From NCBI GenBank assembly GCA_964565125.1, contig CAZMCX010000019.1:1-10936 (forward strand): a stretch of DNA of 10,936 nucleotides. Reading direction: 5' to 3'. This stretch comes from an uncultured archaeon. GTDB taxonomy: Archaea > Iainarchaeota > Iainarchaeia > Iainarchaeales > 0-14-0-20-30-16. The position numbers and the translations under genes are program-made. Under the pieces are notes generated by a model that was given only the letters and a program-made list of their open reading frames with translations, had not been told where the DNA came from and did no database searches. Shown here piece after piece: positions 1 to 5,484 of this stretch (the stretch's first letter is position 1; each line of letters starts with the position of its first letter).

Positions 1-81
1 AAAAAGCTTTCTTTGCCAAAACGCAAAATGGTTTCTTTGCAGAGAAGCAAAAATCCCAACAGGTTCACAAAAGGTGTTTTT

Positions 82-633
82 ATGAAAAAAATTGCAGTAA
101 TAAGTGAAAAGTTAGGAAATGAAGAAGATTTAGTAATTGTTGGAGATGCATATATTGATGATGCAGGAAATATATTTCCAAGGAGCACAAGCACAGTAGA
201 AATAGATGATGACACAATAACAATAGAACCATTGCATAAGCAGAAAATCTTGCAGGGAGATATAGTTGTTGGGTCAATAACTGAAATAAAGAAAAATTAT
301 GCAACTTTGGAATTGCAAAGAAACATTACTATGGATAAAACAATATCCGGGAAGGCAAACTTAAGTGTGTCTGAAATTGCTTTTGCATATATCAAGGAAA
401 TTAGAGACGCCCTAAGAATAGGGGATATTGTAAAAGCAAAAGTAAAGGGCGTTGAAAAAGGGGTTGTGGAATTAACATTGAAGGATAGAGGCTCAGGGGT
501 AATAATTGCTTATTGTATGGTTTGTAGAAGAAAATTAGATAAAAAAATTATATTTAGGAATAAAGATATATCAACTGTTCAATGTAGTAATTGTCATACA
601 AAACAGACAAGAAAATTTGAAGGGGGATTCTAA
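82..633 (+). CDS. csl4: Exosome complex RNA-binding subunit Csl4 (N-terminal domain, S1 fold, C-terminal zinc ribbon)
   Basis: The 183-aa product from ATG 82 fits Csl4 length. It has an S1-like core (GDIVVGSITEIKKNYATLEL...IGDIVKAKV) and a C-terminal CxxC...CxxC ribbon (CMVCRR...CSNCHT). A GGTG Shine-Dalgarno-like motif at 73-76 precedes ATG 82. The frame stays open to the left window edge, so starts at 13 or 28 cannot be excluded. The gene directly precedes rpoL, a gene pair I recall as conserved in archaea. Confidence 0.8.
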   Translation: MKKIAVISEKLGNEEDLVIVGDAYIDDAGNIFPRSTSTVEIDDDTITIEPLHKQKILQGDIVVGSITEIKKNYATLELQRNITMDKTISGKANLSVSEIAFAYIKEIRDALRIGDIVKAKVKGVEKGVVELTLKDRGSGVIIAYCMVCRRKLDKKIIFRNKDISTVQCSNCHTKQTRKFEGGF

Positions 634-634
634 T

Positions 635-687
635 TGCAGGTTTGAATTTATGCTCACAGATAATTCGCAAAAATATCAAACAGGCAT
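635..687 (+). repeat. Copy A of a conserved intergenic imperfect hairpin element (second copy at 2900-2951)
   Basis: The 19-nt core GTTTGAATTTATGCTCACA (640-658) and TCAAACAGGCAT (676-687) are identical to copy B. The 5' arm 640-653 pairs with the 3' arm 667-681, giving 13 Watson-Crick pairs, one A.A mismatch (650/670) and one bulge (675). The loop is 654-666. An outer TGC/GCA closure pairs 635-637 with 684-686. The element starts 2 nt after the csl4 stop and ends 21 nt before the rpoL ATG. Confidence 0.6.
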
Positions 688-707
688 TTAAATAGGGGGT
701 ATTTTAA

Positions 708-1019
708 ATGGAAGTAGAAATGTTAAAGAAAACAAAGAACGAAATTGAATTCAAAATAATTGGAGATAAGTATACCGTAACTGGATTTTTACAAAAGAAG
801 TTATTGGCAGATAAAGATGTTGAATTTGCTGCTTATTATATAGATCATCCAGATAATGATGAATGCAAGTTTACTGTAAGAACTGTAAAAGGCGTAGATG
901 CAAAAGATGCTTTAGACAAGGCAATGAGTGAATGCAAAAAAGAAATGGCGGATTTAAATAAACAAGTTTTGGCTGTGCTTTCAGAAGTTTCTTCAAAGAA
1001 GAAATCAAAGAAGAAGTAG
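708..1019 (+). CDS. rpoL: DNA-directed RNA polymerase subunit L (Rpo11)
   Basis: The 103-aa product shows the typical RpoL pattern: NEIEFKIIGDKYTVTGFLQKKLLADKDVEFAAYYIDHP followed by a short helix. It carries a Lys-rich C-terminal tail. A GGGGG motif at 695-699 lies 8 nt upstream of the ATG. An alternative start is at 720 (MLKK). Confidence 0.85.
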   Translation: MEVEMLKKTKNEIEFKIIGDKYTVTGFLQKKLLADKDVEFAAYYIDHPDNDECKFTVRTVKGVDAKDALDKAMSECKKEMADLNKQVLAVLSEVSSKKKSKKK

Positions 1020-1080
1020 GGCAAGAACTTGACTTAGTTAAGATTTAATATCGGACTGGAAAGTAATTTGTTGATTCTTT

Positions 1081-1794
1081 ATGGGCTGGAAGGAAATAAA
1101 GGAAAAACTAAAATGGATTGACCCATTCACATACCTTGATTTTTTTATTGAATTTCTACATAAAAAAGGGCTTAATTACAAAGTATTAGATATTGTCTTA
1201 CAAATTCTATATGCTTTGCTTTTAGCATACATTACAATCCTAATTATTGGCTTTTTTACTGGTGCTGCAAAACCAATCACTATTGTTGTTACAGGATCAA
1301 TGGAACCAAATGTAAATATTGGGGATTTGTTAATTATCGGCGCAGCAAAGAATATTGAAACTACAGATGTTTATTATGATGGGGTGGCTGGGGGAAAGGA
1401 TGTAGAAGAGTTTTTAGAACCTATATTGGTTAATGGTAATACAACAAAAGTAAAAATAGATGGAAACATTTATGAACTAAATATAACTGCTGATGTGATT
1501 ATGTACTATTCTCCAATAGTTAATAAAGATTTGGTGCACAGGGCTGTGCTTAGGATCCATGCAAAAGACGGAGTTTTTTATCTTACAAAAGGAGACAATA
1601 CAGAAACTAATTTTATGTTAGATGAAGATTGTGAATTTGTGTATGGCCTGTATTTAGTAAAAAATGCCTGCTTATATAAAACTGCAATTCCAGAAAGCGA
1701 AATACAAGGAAAAATGCTTTTTAAGATTCCTTATATCGGATATATCAAAGTAATCCCATATAAAATATTTTTGTGGGTTAGAGGATTATTCTAA
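1081..1794 (+). CDS. Signal peptidase I, archaeal/eukaryotic Sec11 type (S26B)
   Basis: There is an N-terminal TM segment (VLQILYALLLAYITILIIGFF). The catalytic Ser box is TGSMEPNVNIGDLLII, the His box is DLVHRAV, and a TKGDNT box and the C-terminal GKMLFKIPYIGYI motif are present. About 60 residues separate the Ser box from the His box, which seems longer than I would expect. Confidence 0.85.
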   Translation: MGWKEIKEKLKWIDPFTYLDFFIEFLHKKGLNYKVLDIVLQILYALLLAYITILIIGFFTGAAKPITIVVTGSMEPNVNIGDLLIIGAAKNIETTDVYYDGVAGGKDVEEFLEPILVNGNTTKVKIDGNIYELNITADVIMYYSPIVNKDLVHRAVLRIHAKDGVFYLTKGDNTETNFMLDEDCEFVYGLYLVKNACLYKTAIPESEIQGKMLFKIPYIGYIKVIPYKIFLWVRGLF

Positions 1795-1808
1795 ACCTAG
1801 TAACCTTT

Positions 1809-2045
1809 TCATTTCTGCATAAGGCGGCGGAACTTTTTTGGCGGCAGCAAGTAGAATTCTATTGGTTTCTCTAGATCCAACACCAGATCTGACAAGCCCC
1901 TAATATTAAGTCTTCTTTTTTGGAATTGCCTATATTCGGGAGGGTAATGTGTGTGTGGAAAGGTGGGACTTAGTTCAAGGTTATGCCTTTCCTGTTCTTG
2001 CCTTGCCTTAAACAACTGTTGATGAAATTTTGTGGGCCGCACCAT
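1809..2045 (-). other. GC-elevated island: candidate structured ncRNA or leaderless small basic protein (78-codon ORF); family unassigned
   Basis: The ORF product (MVRPTKFHQQLFKARQEQERH...) is R/Q/H/P-rich, unlike the K/N/I/E-rich neighbours. GC is visibly higher than in the flanking genes. An A/T-rich TATA-like box (minus-strand AAAATAATAAATAT, plus 2066-2079) is centred about 26 nt upstream of position 2043-2045. Two T6 runs on the plus strand (1834-1839 and 1916-1921) argue against a plus-strand transcript. Potential helices on the minus strand include GGAAAGG (1986-1992) with CCTTTCC (1957-1963), and an AGATC/GATCT hairpin within 1873-1890. Confidence 0.3.
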
Positions 2046-2152
2046 ATATAACCGAAAGAATAGGAATATTTATTATTTTGCCGAGTTATACACAAAAGAG
2101 TACTTTTTTAATAGCTATGGGTTAAAGATATATAGTTATAGGAGGATTCCTT

Positions 2153-2893
2153 ATGAAATTAATATTACCAGATTCTAAGGTGTTAAAACAGAGCTTAGAT
2201 GCTATCGCAGAACTAATTACTGATGCTGAATTTGTAGTTAATGAATACGGTTTATCTTTAAAGGCTATTGACCCTAGCCAAATAGCTTTGGTGGTGTACA
2301 ATTTACCACGAGATTCTTTTGAGGACTTTAAAATTACTGGCCAAAAGAAATTAGGGCTTAATATACCTAGTTTGCAGCAAATAATAAGAAGAGCTAAGCC
2401 AGAGGATAAAGTTATTTTAGAAGTAGGTACAAATAAGAGGTTTAATGTTACTTTACAAGGAACTACAAAAAGATCATTTTCAATAAATCTACTTGATTTG
2501 TCTAACTCTGAGTTACCAAACCCAAGTATAAATTACGATGTTTTTATTAAAGTTAGAGCCCCTGTTTTGGCTGATGGTGTAAAAGATGCTGCTTTGTTTG
2601 CATCTTATTTGACACTAAAAATAGATAATGAAAATATTATAATATCTACAACTAGCACAAAAGGTGAACTAAACTCTGAAACTAGTTTAACTAGTGTAGA
2701 GGTTTTGGATAAAGATATAAAAAACGAAGCAAGATCAATTTATTCTATTGACTTTTTGGAAAGTTTGCTTAAAGGTGCAACAAATGATACAGAATTAGAG
2801 ATTTATCTTAAAACTGATGCCCCTTTGAAATTGAAGTATAAAATCCAAGAGTCTACAATACAGTATTTCCTTGCTCCTAGAATCGAAGAGTGA
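2153..2893 (+). CDS. pcn: DNA polymerase sliding clamp PCNA (canonical copy)
   Basis: The 246-aa product has typical archaeal PCNA length and pattern: LKQSLDAIAELITDAEFVVNEYGLSLKAIDPSQIALVVYNL, LGLNIPSLQQIIRRAK, and the C-terminal YFLAPRIEE tail. A GGAGG Shine-Dalgarno motif at 2141-2145 lies 7 nt upstream of the ATG. Confidence 0.9.
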   Translation: MKLILPDSKVLKQSLDAIAELITDAEFVVNEYGLSLKAIDPSQIALVVYNLPRDSFEDFKITGQKKLGLNIPSLQQIIRRAKPEDKVILEVGTNKRFNVTLQGTTKRSFSINLLDLSNSELPNPSINYDVFIKVRAPVLADGVKDAALFASYLTLKIDNENIIISTTSTKGELNSETSLTSVEVLDKDIKNEARSIYSIDFLESLLKGATNDTELEIYLKTDAPLKLKYKIQESTIQYFLAPRIEE

Positions 2894-2899
2894 GCCGAA

Positions 2900-2951
2900 T
2901 GCCAAGTTTGAATTTATGCTCACAAGGTTCGCAGAAATGTCAAACAGGCAT
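2900..2951 (+). repeat. Copy B of the conserved intergenic imperfect hairpin element (first copy at 635-687)
   Basis: The core GTTTGAATTTATGCTCACA (2906-2924) and TCAAACAGGCAT (2940-2951) are identical to copy A. Arms 2906-2919 and 2931-2945 pair with the same geometry, with an A.G mismatch at 2916/2934 and a bulge at G2939. The loop is 2920-2930. The outer closure is TGCC/GGCA (2900-2903 with 2947-2950). The element starts 7 nt after the PCNA-1 stop and ends 24 nt before the PCNA-2 ATG. Confidence 0.6.
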
Positions 2952-2974
2952 CTAATTCAGAAAGAGTGACTTAA

Positions 2975-3667
2975 ATGCTAATAAAAGATACTGAAAATTT
3001 CAAAAAAGCTATTGACCAATTGGCAACAATTGTTGAGGAGGGAAACCTCCATATCTCTGTTTCTGGAATTCATGTAATTGCATTAGATAAAACTAATATC
3101 GTTTTTTTAAAAGTACTATTTCCTGATTCTGTTATTGAAAATAGCTTGGAGCCAATTGCTGTGGGGTTGAACTTTCAAGAGTTTAACAGAATAATTGCCA
3201 AAGTTGGAAACGATGAAAGTATAAATTTGATAATACATGAAACAGAAATAGAGCTAAAAACAGAAGGAAATTATTCTAGAAGCTATTTTTTGCCAATAAT
3301 CGAAGTTAAAAACCCAAGTATTGATTTTAAATTAGATAAATACCAAATATCTATTGCTGAAAAAAGTTCTGTTTTGAGGGATATTTTTAGAAGTGCCGCA
3401 ACTGTAGCCACAACTGTAACTTTTAAGGCTGCTGAAAGGCTTGATATAATTGCTGAGGGAATTCAGGGCAGATTTATAACAAATGTGGTAACCGAAAAAG
3501 AAGTAAGCCCATTTAGTGTAAGATATTCTACTTTGCAATTATATAACTTGATAAAGAATGCGAGTAATGAAATAACAGTAAAACTGGGAAATAATTCTCC
3601 GTTATATGGGAAATATAAAATCGGAGAAATCTCTGTAGAGTTTATGTTGGCCCATATGTTAATCTAA
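2975..3667 (+). CDS. Divergent PCNA-like sliding clamp paralogue
   Basis: The 230-aa product is colinear with the upstream PCNA. FKKAIDQLATIVEEGNLHISVSGIHVIALDKTNIVFLKVLF aligns with LKQSLDAIAELITDAEFVVNEYGLSLKAIDPSQIALVVYNL, and VGLNFQEFNRIIAKV aligns with LGLNIPSLQQIIRRA. By eye, identity is only around 20 percent. It ends FMLAHMLI and lacks the APRIEE-type tail. Confidence 0.7.
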   Translation: MLIKDTENFKKAIDQLATIVEEGNLHISVSGIHVIALDKTNIVFLKVLFPDSVIENSLEPIAVGLNFQEFNRIIAKVGNDESINLIIHETEIELKTEGNYSRSYFLPIIEVKNPSIDFKLDKYQISIAEKSSVLRDIFRSAATVATTVTFKAAERLDIIAEGIQGRFITNVVTEKEVSPFSVRYSTLQLYNLIKNASNEITVKLGNNSPLYGKYKIGEISVEFMLAHMLI

Positions 3668-3673
3668 AAACTA

Positions 3674-3712
3674 TTTTTTAGGCGACTACCTTTTTGATGA
3701 AAAGTAGTCCCC
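3674..3712 (+). terminator. Putative terminator for the PCNA pair: T6 run followed by a hairpin
   Basis: A T6 run at 3674-3679 lies 7 nt after the PCNA-2 stop; oligo-T is the known archaeal termination signal. It is followed by the inverted repeat GACTAC (3684-3689) / GTAGTC (3704-3709), with extra GG/CC pairs (3681-3682 with 3711-3712). Confidence 0.4.
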
Positions 3713-3746
3713 CCGTACAAAAAGTTTATATATTTGTAGTCCCCCC
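3704..3746 (+). promoter_or_regulatory. Fic promoter: TATA box flanked by two perfect 11-nt direct repeats GTAGTCCCCCC
   Basis: The repeats are at 3704-3714 and 3736-3746, 32 nt apart start to start. TTTATATATTT (3725-3735) follows a purine-rich AAAAAG. The TATA centre lies about 26 nt upstream of ATG 3755, which implies a leaderless or near-leaderless mRNA. C6 runs are very unusual in this AT-rich sequence. Confidence 0.45.
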
Positions 3747-3754
3747 AATATATT

Positions 3755-4684
3755 ATGTTTATTGAAAAAAAGAAATATAAACACAAAATAAAGTATTATT
3801 TGGCAATGGCTTACAAGGAAAATGGAAATACAAAAAAAATTAGACGGTACCTTGGAGAAAACTTGGCTGAAATAGAGTTAGAGAAGAAAAGGGGCCAGGC
3901 AGAAAAATTTCTTCAAGATAAATTGTCAGCGTTAAAAGTACAAAGAGATCCACTTAAATACGCTTTGTCTAAAGACGATGTGGAATATATAAACAAACTT
4001 ATAAAAAATGCAAGCTTGAAAACAAGACCTTATTCTGTAAAAGAATGGAAACTTTTTTATGAATCCTTTACTTATAACACAAATGCAATAGAGGGTTCGA
4101 GGTTAGAATTTAAAGAAGTAAAAGCATTATTTGAGGAAAAATCTTGGGCAAATAAACCCAAAGAAGATATTGCCGAGGCGTTAGGGGTTGAAAGCGCAAT
4201 AACATATTCTAGAAAAACAAAAGAACACATATCAGAAAAATTAATAAAACATTTACATTATCTTGTTTTTAAGAATTCTAAAGACTTTGCAGGCGAATTC
4301 CGGACTTCAAATGTCGTTGTGGTTGATTCTCTTGGACAAATAATTCACAGAGGTGCTCCGCCGCAGTCTGTGAAATCATTGGTAGTTGAGTTAGCAAAGT
4401 GGTACCAAAAAAATAAAAAGAAATATCATCCGCTTGTTTTGGCAGCGATAATTCATAACCAATTTGAGGTAATACACCCTTTTGCAGATGGAAATGGGAG
4501 AGTTGGGCGCCTACTCTTAAATAATATTCTTATGAGGCATGGTCTTCCGCCTTTAATCATAACCTATAAAAATAGGGCAAAATATTATCAAATGTTGCAA
4601 GCCTACCAGAATCAATATGACATAACTACGTCGGTGAAGTTCCTTTTAGAAACTTATAAAAAGACATTTAAAGAAATAAAATAG
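3755..4684 (+). CDS. Fic-domain protein (putative AMPylase), class-II auto-inhibited architecture
   Basis: HPFADGNGRVGRLLLNNIL matches the Fic core motif HxFx(D/E)GNGRxxR. The upstream TNAIEG matches the inhibitory-helix motif (S/T)xxxE(G/N). T5 (4701-4705) and T7 (4720-4726) runs follow the stop. Confidence 0.9.
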   Translation: MFIEKKKYKHKIKYYLAMAYKENGNTKKIRRYLGENLAEIELEKKRGQAEKFLQDKLSALKVQRDPLKYALSKDDVEYINKLIKNASLKTRPYSVKEWKLFYESFTYNTNAIEGSRLEFKEVKALFEEKSWANKPKEDIAEALGVESAITYSRKTKEHISEKLIKHLHYLVFKNSKDFAGEFRTSNVVVVDSLGQIIHRGAPPQSVKSLVVELAKWYQKNKKKYHPLVLAAIIHNQFEVIHPFADGNGRVGRLLLNNILMRHGLPPLIITYKNRAKYYQMLQAYQNQYDITTSVKFLLETYKKTFKEIK

Positions 4685-4763
4685 TTTGATTATCGCAAGA
4701 TTTTTCTAGTTAGTGTTAATTTTTTTATACTTCTTTTCCAATCTAGGGCCAGTATAAGCCATA

Positions 4764-5447
4764 TTATCTCCTTCTTAGATGTGGAAGGAATGGTGTGCCT
4801 TCTGCCCTTTTTACTGGTATTTCAAGGAAGTTTCTTGGCCTCTCTTTCCTTATTGGCCTTGGAACAGGTAATTCTCTTTCAATAGGCCTTCTTCCTTCCA
4901 GCAAGGTTCTTGCAAAAGGATATCTGCCGTAATTTCCTTGTCTGCGTATAATGTGGTTTTGTATGGCCCGCCTTGGAACATTTGTTCTGCCCGCGATTCT
5001 TACTGCCAGTAAGTCAGCAAACAATTCATCAGCCATATGGAATGGCAGGCCAATTCTTTTAGTATATCTGTATGCTGTGGTTGGCAATACGATATGTGAA
5101 TATTCATGCAATAAAGTCATAACCCCTGTAGGATTGATGTTATTTCCACTAAATAAGTGCTCTGCGGGAACTCTAATTGCGGATTCCATATGTGGAACCC
5201 TTATTCCGTTTGTTTCTTCTACAAAAGTCCTTTTTATATTTTCTCCATATGTAATTCCGGACTCGTTAGCTGCTAGATAATGGCCTTCCCTAAAATGTAT
5301 TGGAAGTAAGACAACATTTCTTAGTATATGCCCCAACATTAGTTTAATGTGCGGATTTCTTTCAGTATCGTGCATTTTTCTGAGGGACACCGCAAGTCTA
5401 GATCTAAAGATATTAAAATTAGCAATCTGTTGAGAAGTTAAAACCAT
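4764..5447 (-). CDS. Putative zinc metallopeptidase (HExxH), ImmA/IrrE (COG2856)-like, with Arg/Pro-rich C-terminal tail
   Basis: The HEYSH motif is followed about 20 residues later by ADELFADLLAV. This resembles the ImmA/IrrE pattern of HExxH followed by E..A..FA..LL. GC is clearly higher than in the neighbours: my hand count is 27/60 for line 4921-4980 versus 13/60 for line 8281-8340 in smc. A TATA-like TATTTATA (plus 5468-5475) lies about 24-26 nt upstream of the ATG. Coding status is more certain than the family assignment. Confidence 0.55.
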   Translation of the reverse strand: MVLTSQQIANFNIFRSRLAVSLRKMHDTERNPHIKLMLGHILRNVVLLPIHFREGHYLAANESGITYGENIKRTFVEETNGIRVPHMESAIRVPAEHLFSGNNINPTGVMTLLHEYSHIVLPTTAYRYTKRIGLPFHMADELFADLLAVRIAGRTNVPRRAIQNHIIRRQGNYGRYPFARTLLEGRRPIERELPVPRPIRKERPRNFLEIPVKRAEGTPFLPHLRRR

Positions 5448-5484
5448 GTAAATAAAAGAGAAAGAAGGTATTTATATTTTTTGT

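Noticed and set aside
13-81. Longer Csl4 start (TTG at 13 or ATG at 28, with the frame open to the window edge).
   Set aside because: ATG 82 is preceded by a GGTG ribosome-binding-like motif and gives a typical Csl4 length. The extra N-terminal residues (PKRKMVSLQRSKNPNRF) have no counterpart I recognise. This is not fully excluded.
80-304. Antisense ORFs opposite well-supported genes: 80-304(-), 3332-3538(-), 4951-5280(+), 5825-6022(+), 6734-7009(-).
   Set aside because: Each lies entirely within a CDS that has clear family motifs on the other strand. Their compositions are atypical and none has a ribosome-binding or promoter signal.
1852-1891. Clustered EcoRI (GAATTC), XbaI (TCTAGA) and BglII (AGATCT) sites resembling a cloning polylinker or vector contamination.
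   Set aside because: The spacing and flanks do not match any polylinker I know. The sites are parts of longer native-looking palindromes embedded in contiguous archaeal sequence, so local RNA/DNA structure or chance explains them better.
2020-2025. C-box-like TGATGA suggesting a C/D-box sRNA in the GC-rich island.
   Set aside because: There is no CTGA D box at a suitable distance downstream and no terminal stem. The only CTGA (1889-1892) lies upstream of it on the same strand.
1809-2045. Assignment of the GC-rich island to SRP RNA, RNase P RNA, 5S rRNA or a (split) tRNA.
   Set aside because: By eye I found only weak resemblances, such as GAACAGGAAAGGCAUAAC versus the 5S GAAC..GAAGU.AAGC region and AGCAA versus SRP helix 8. 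There was no required complementary partner strand, no terminal helix, no GGAAAGUCC-type CR-I and no T-arm. It is left as unassigned and needs covariance-model searches.
4706-4762. An 18-codon minus-strand ORF (MAYTGPRLEKKYKKINTN) starting 1 nt after the metallopeptidase stop, preceded by a strong AGGAG motif 5 nt upstream.
   Set aside because: It is too short to support from sequence alone. The AGGAG arises from the Arg codons (AGA AGG AGA) at the end of the upstream gene. It is worth checking only if ribosome profiling or conservation data exist.
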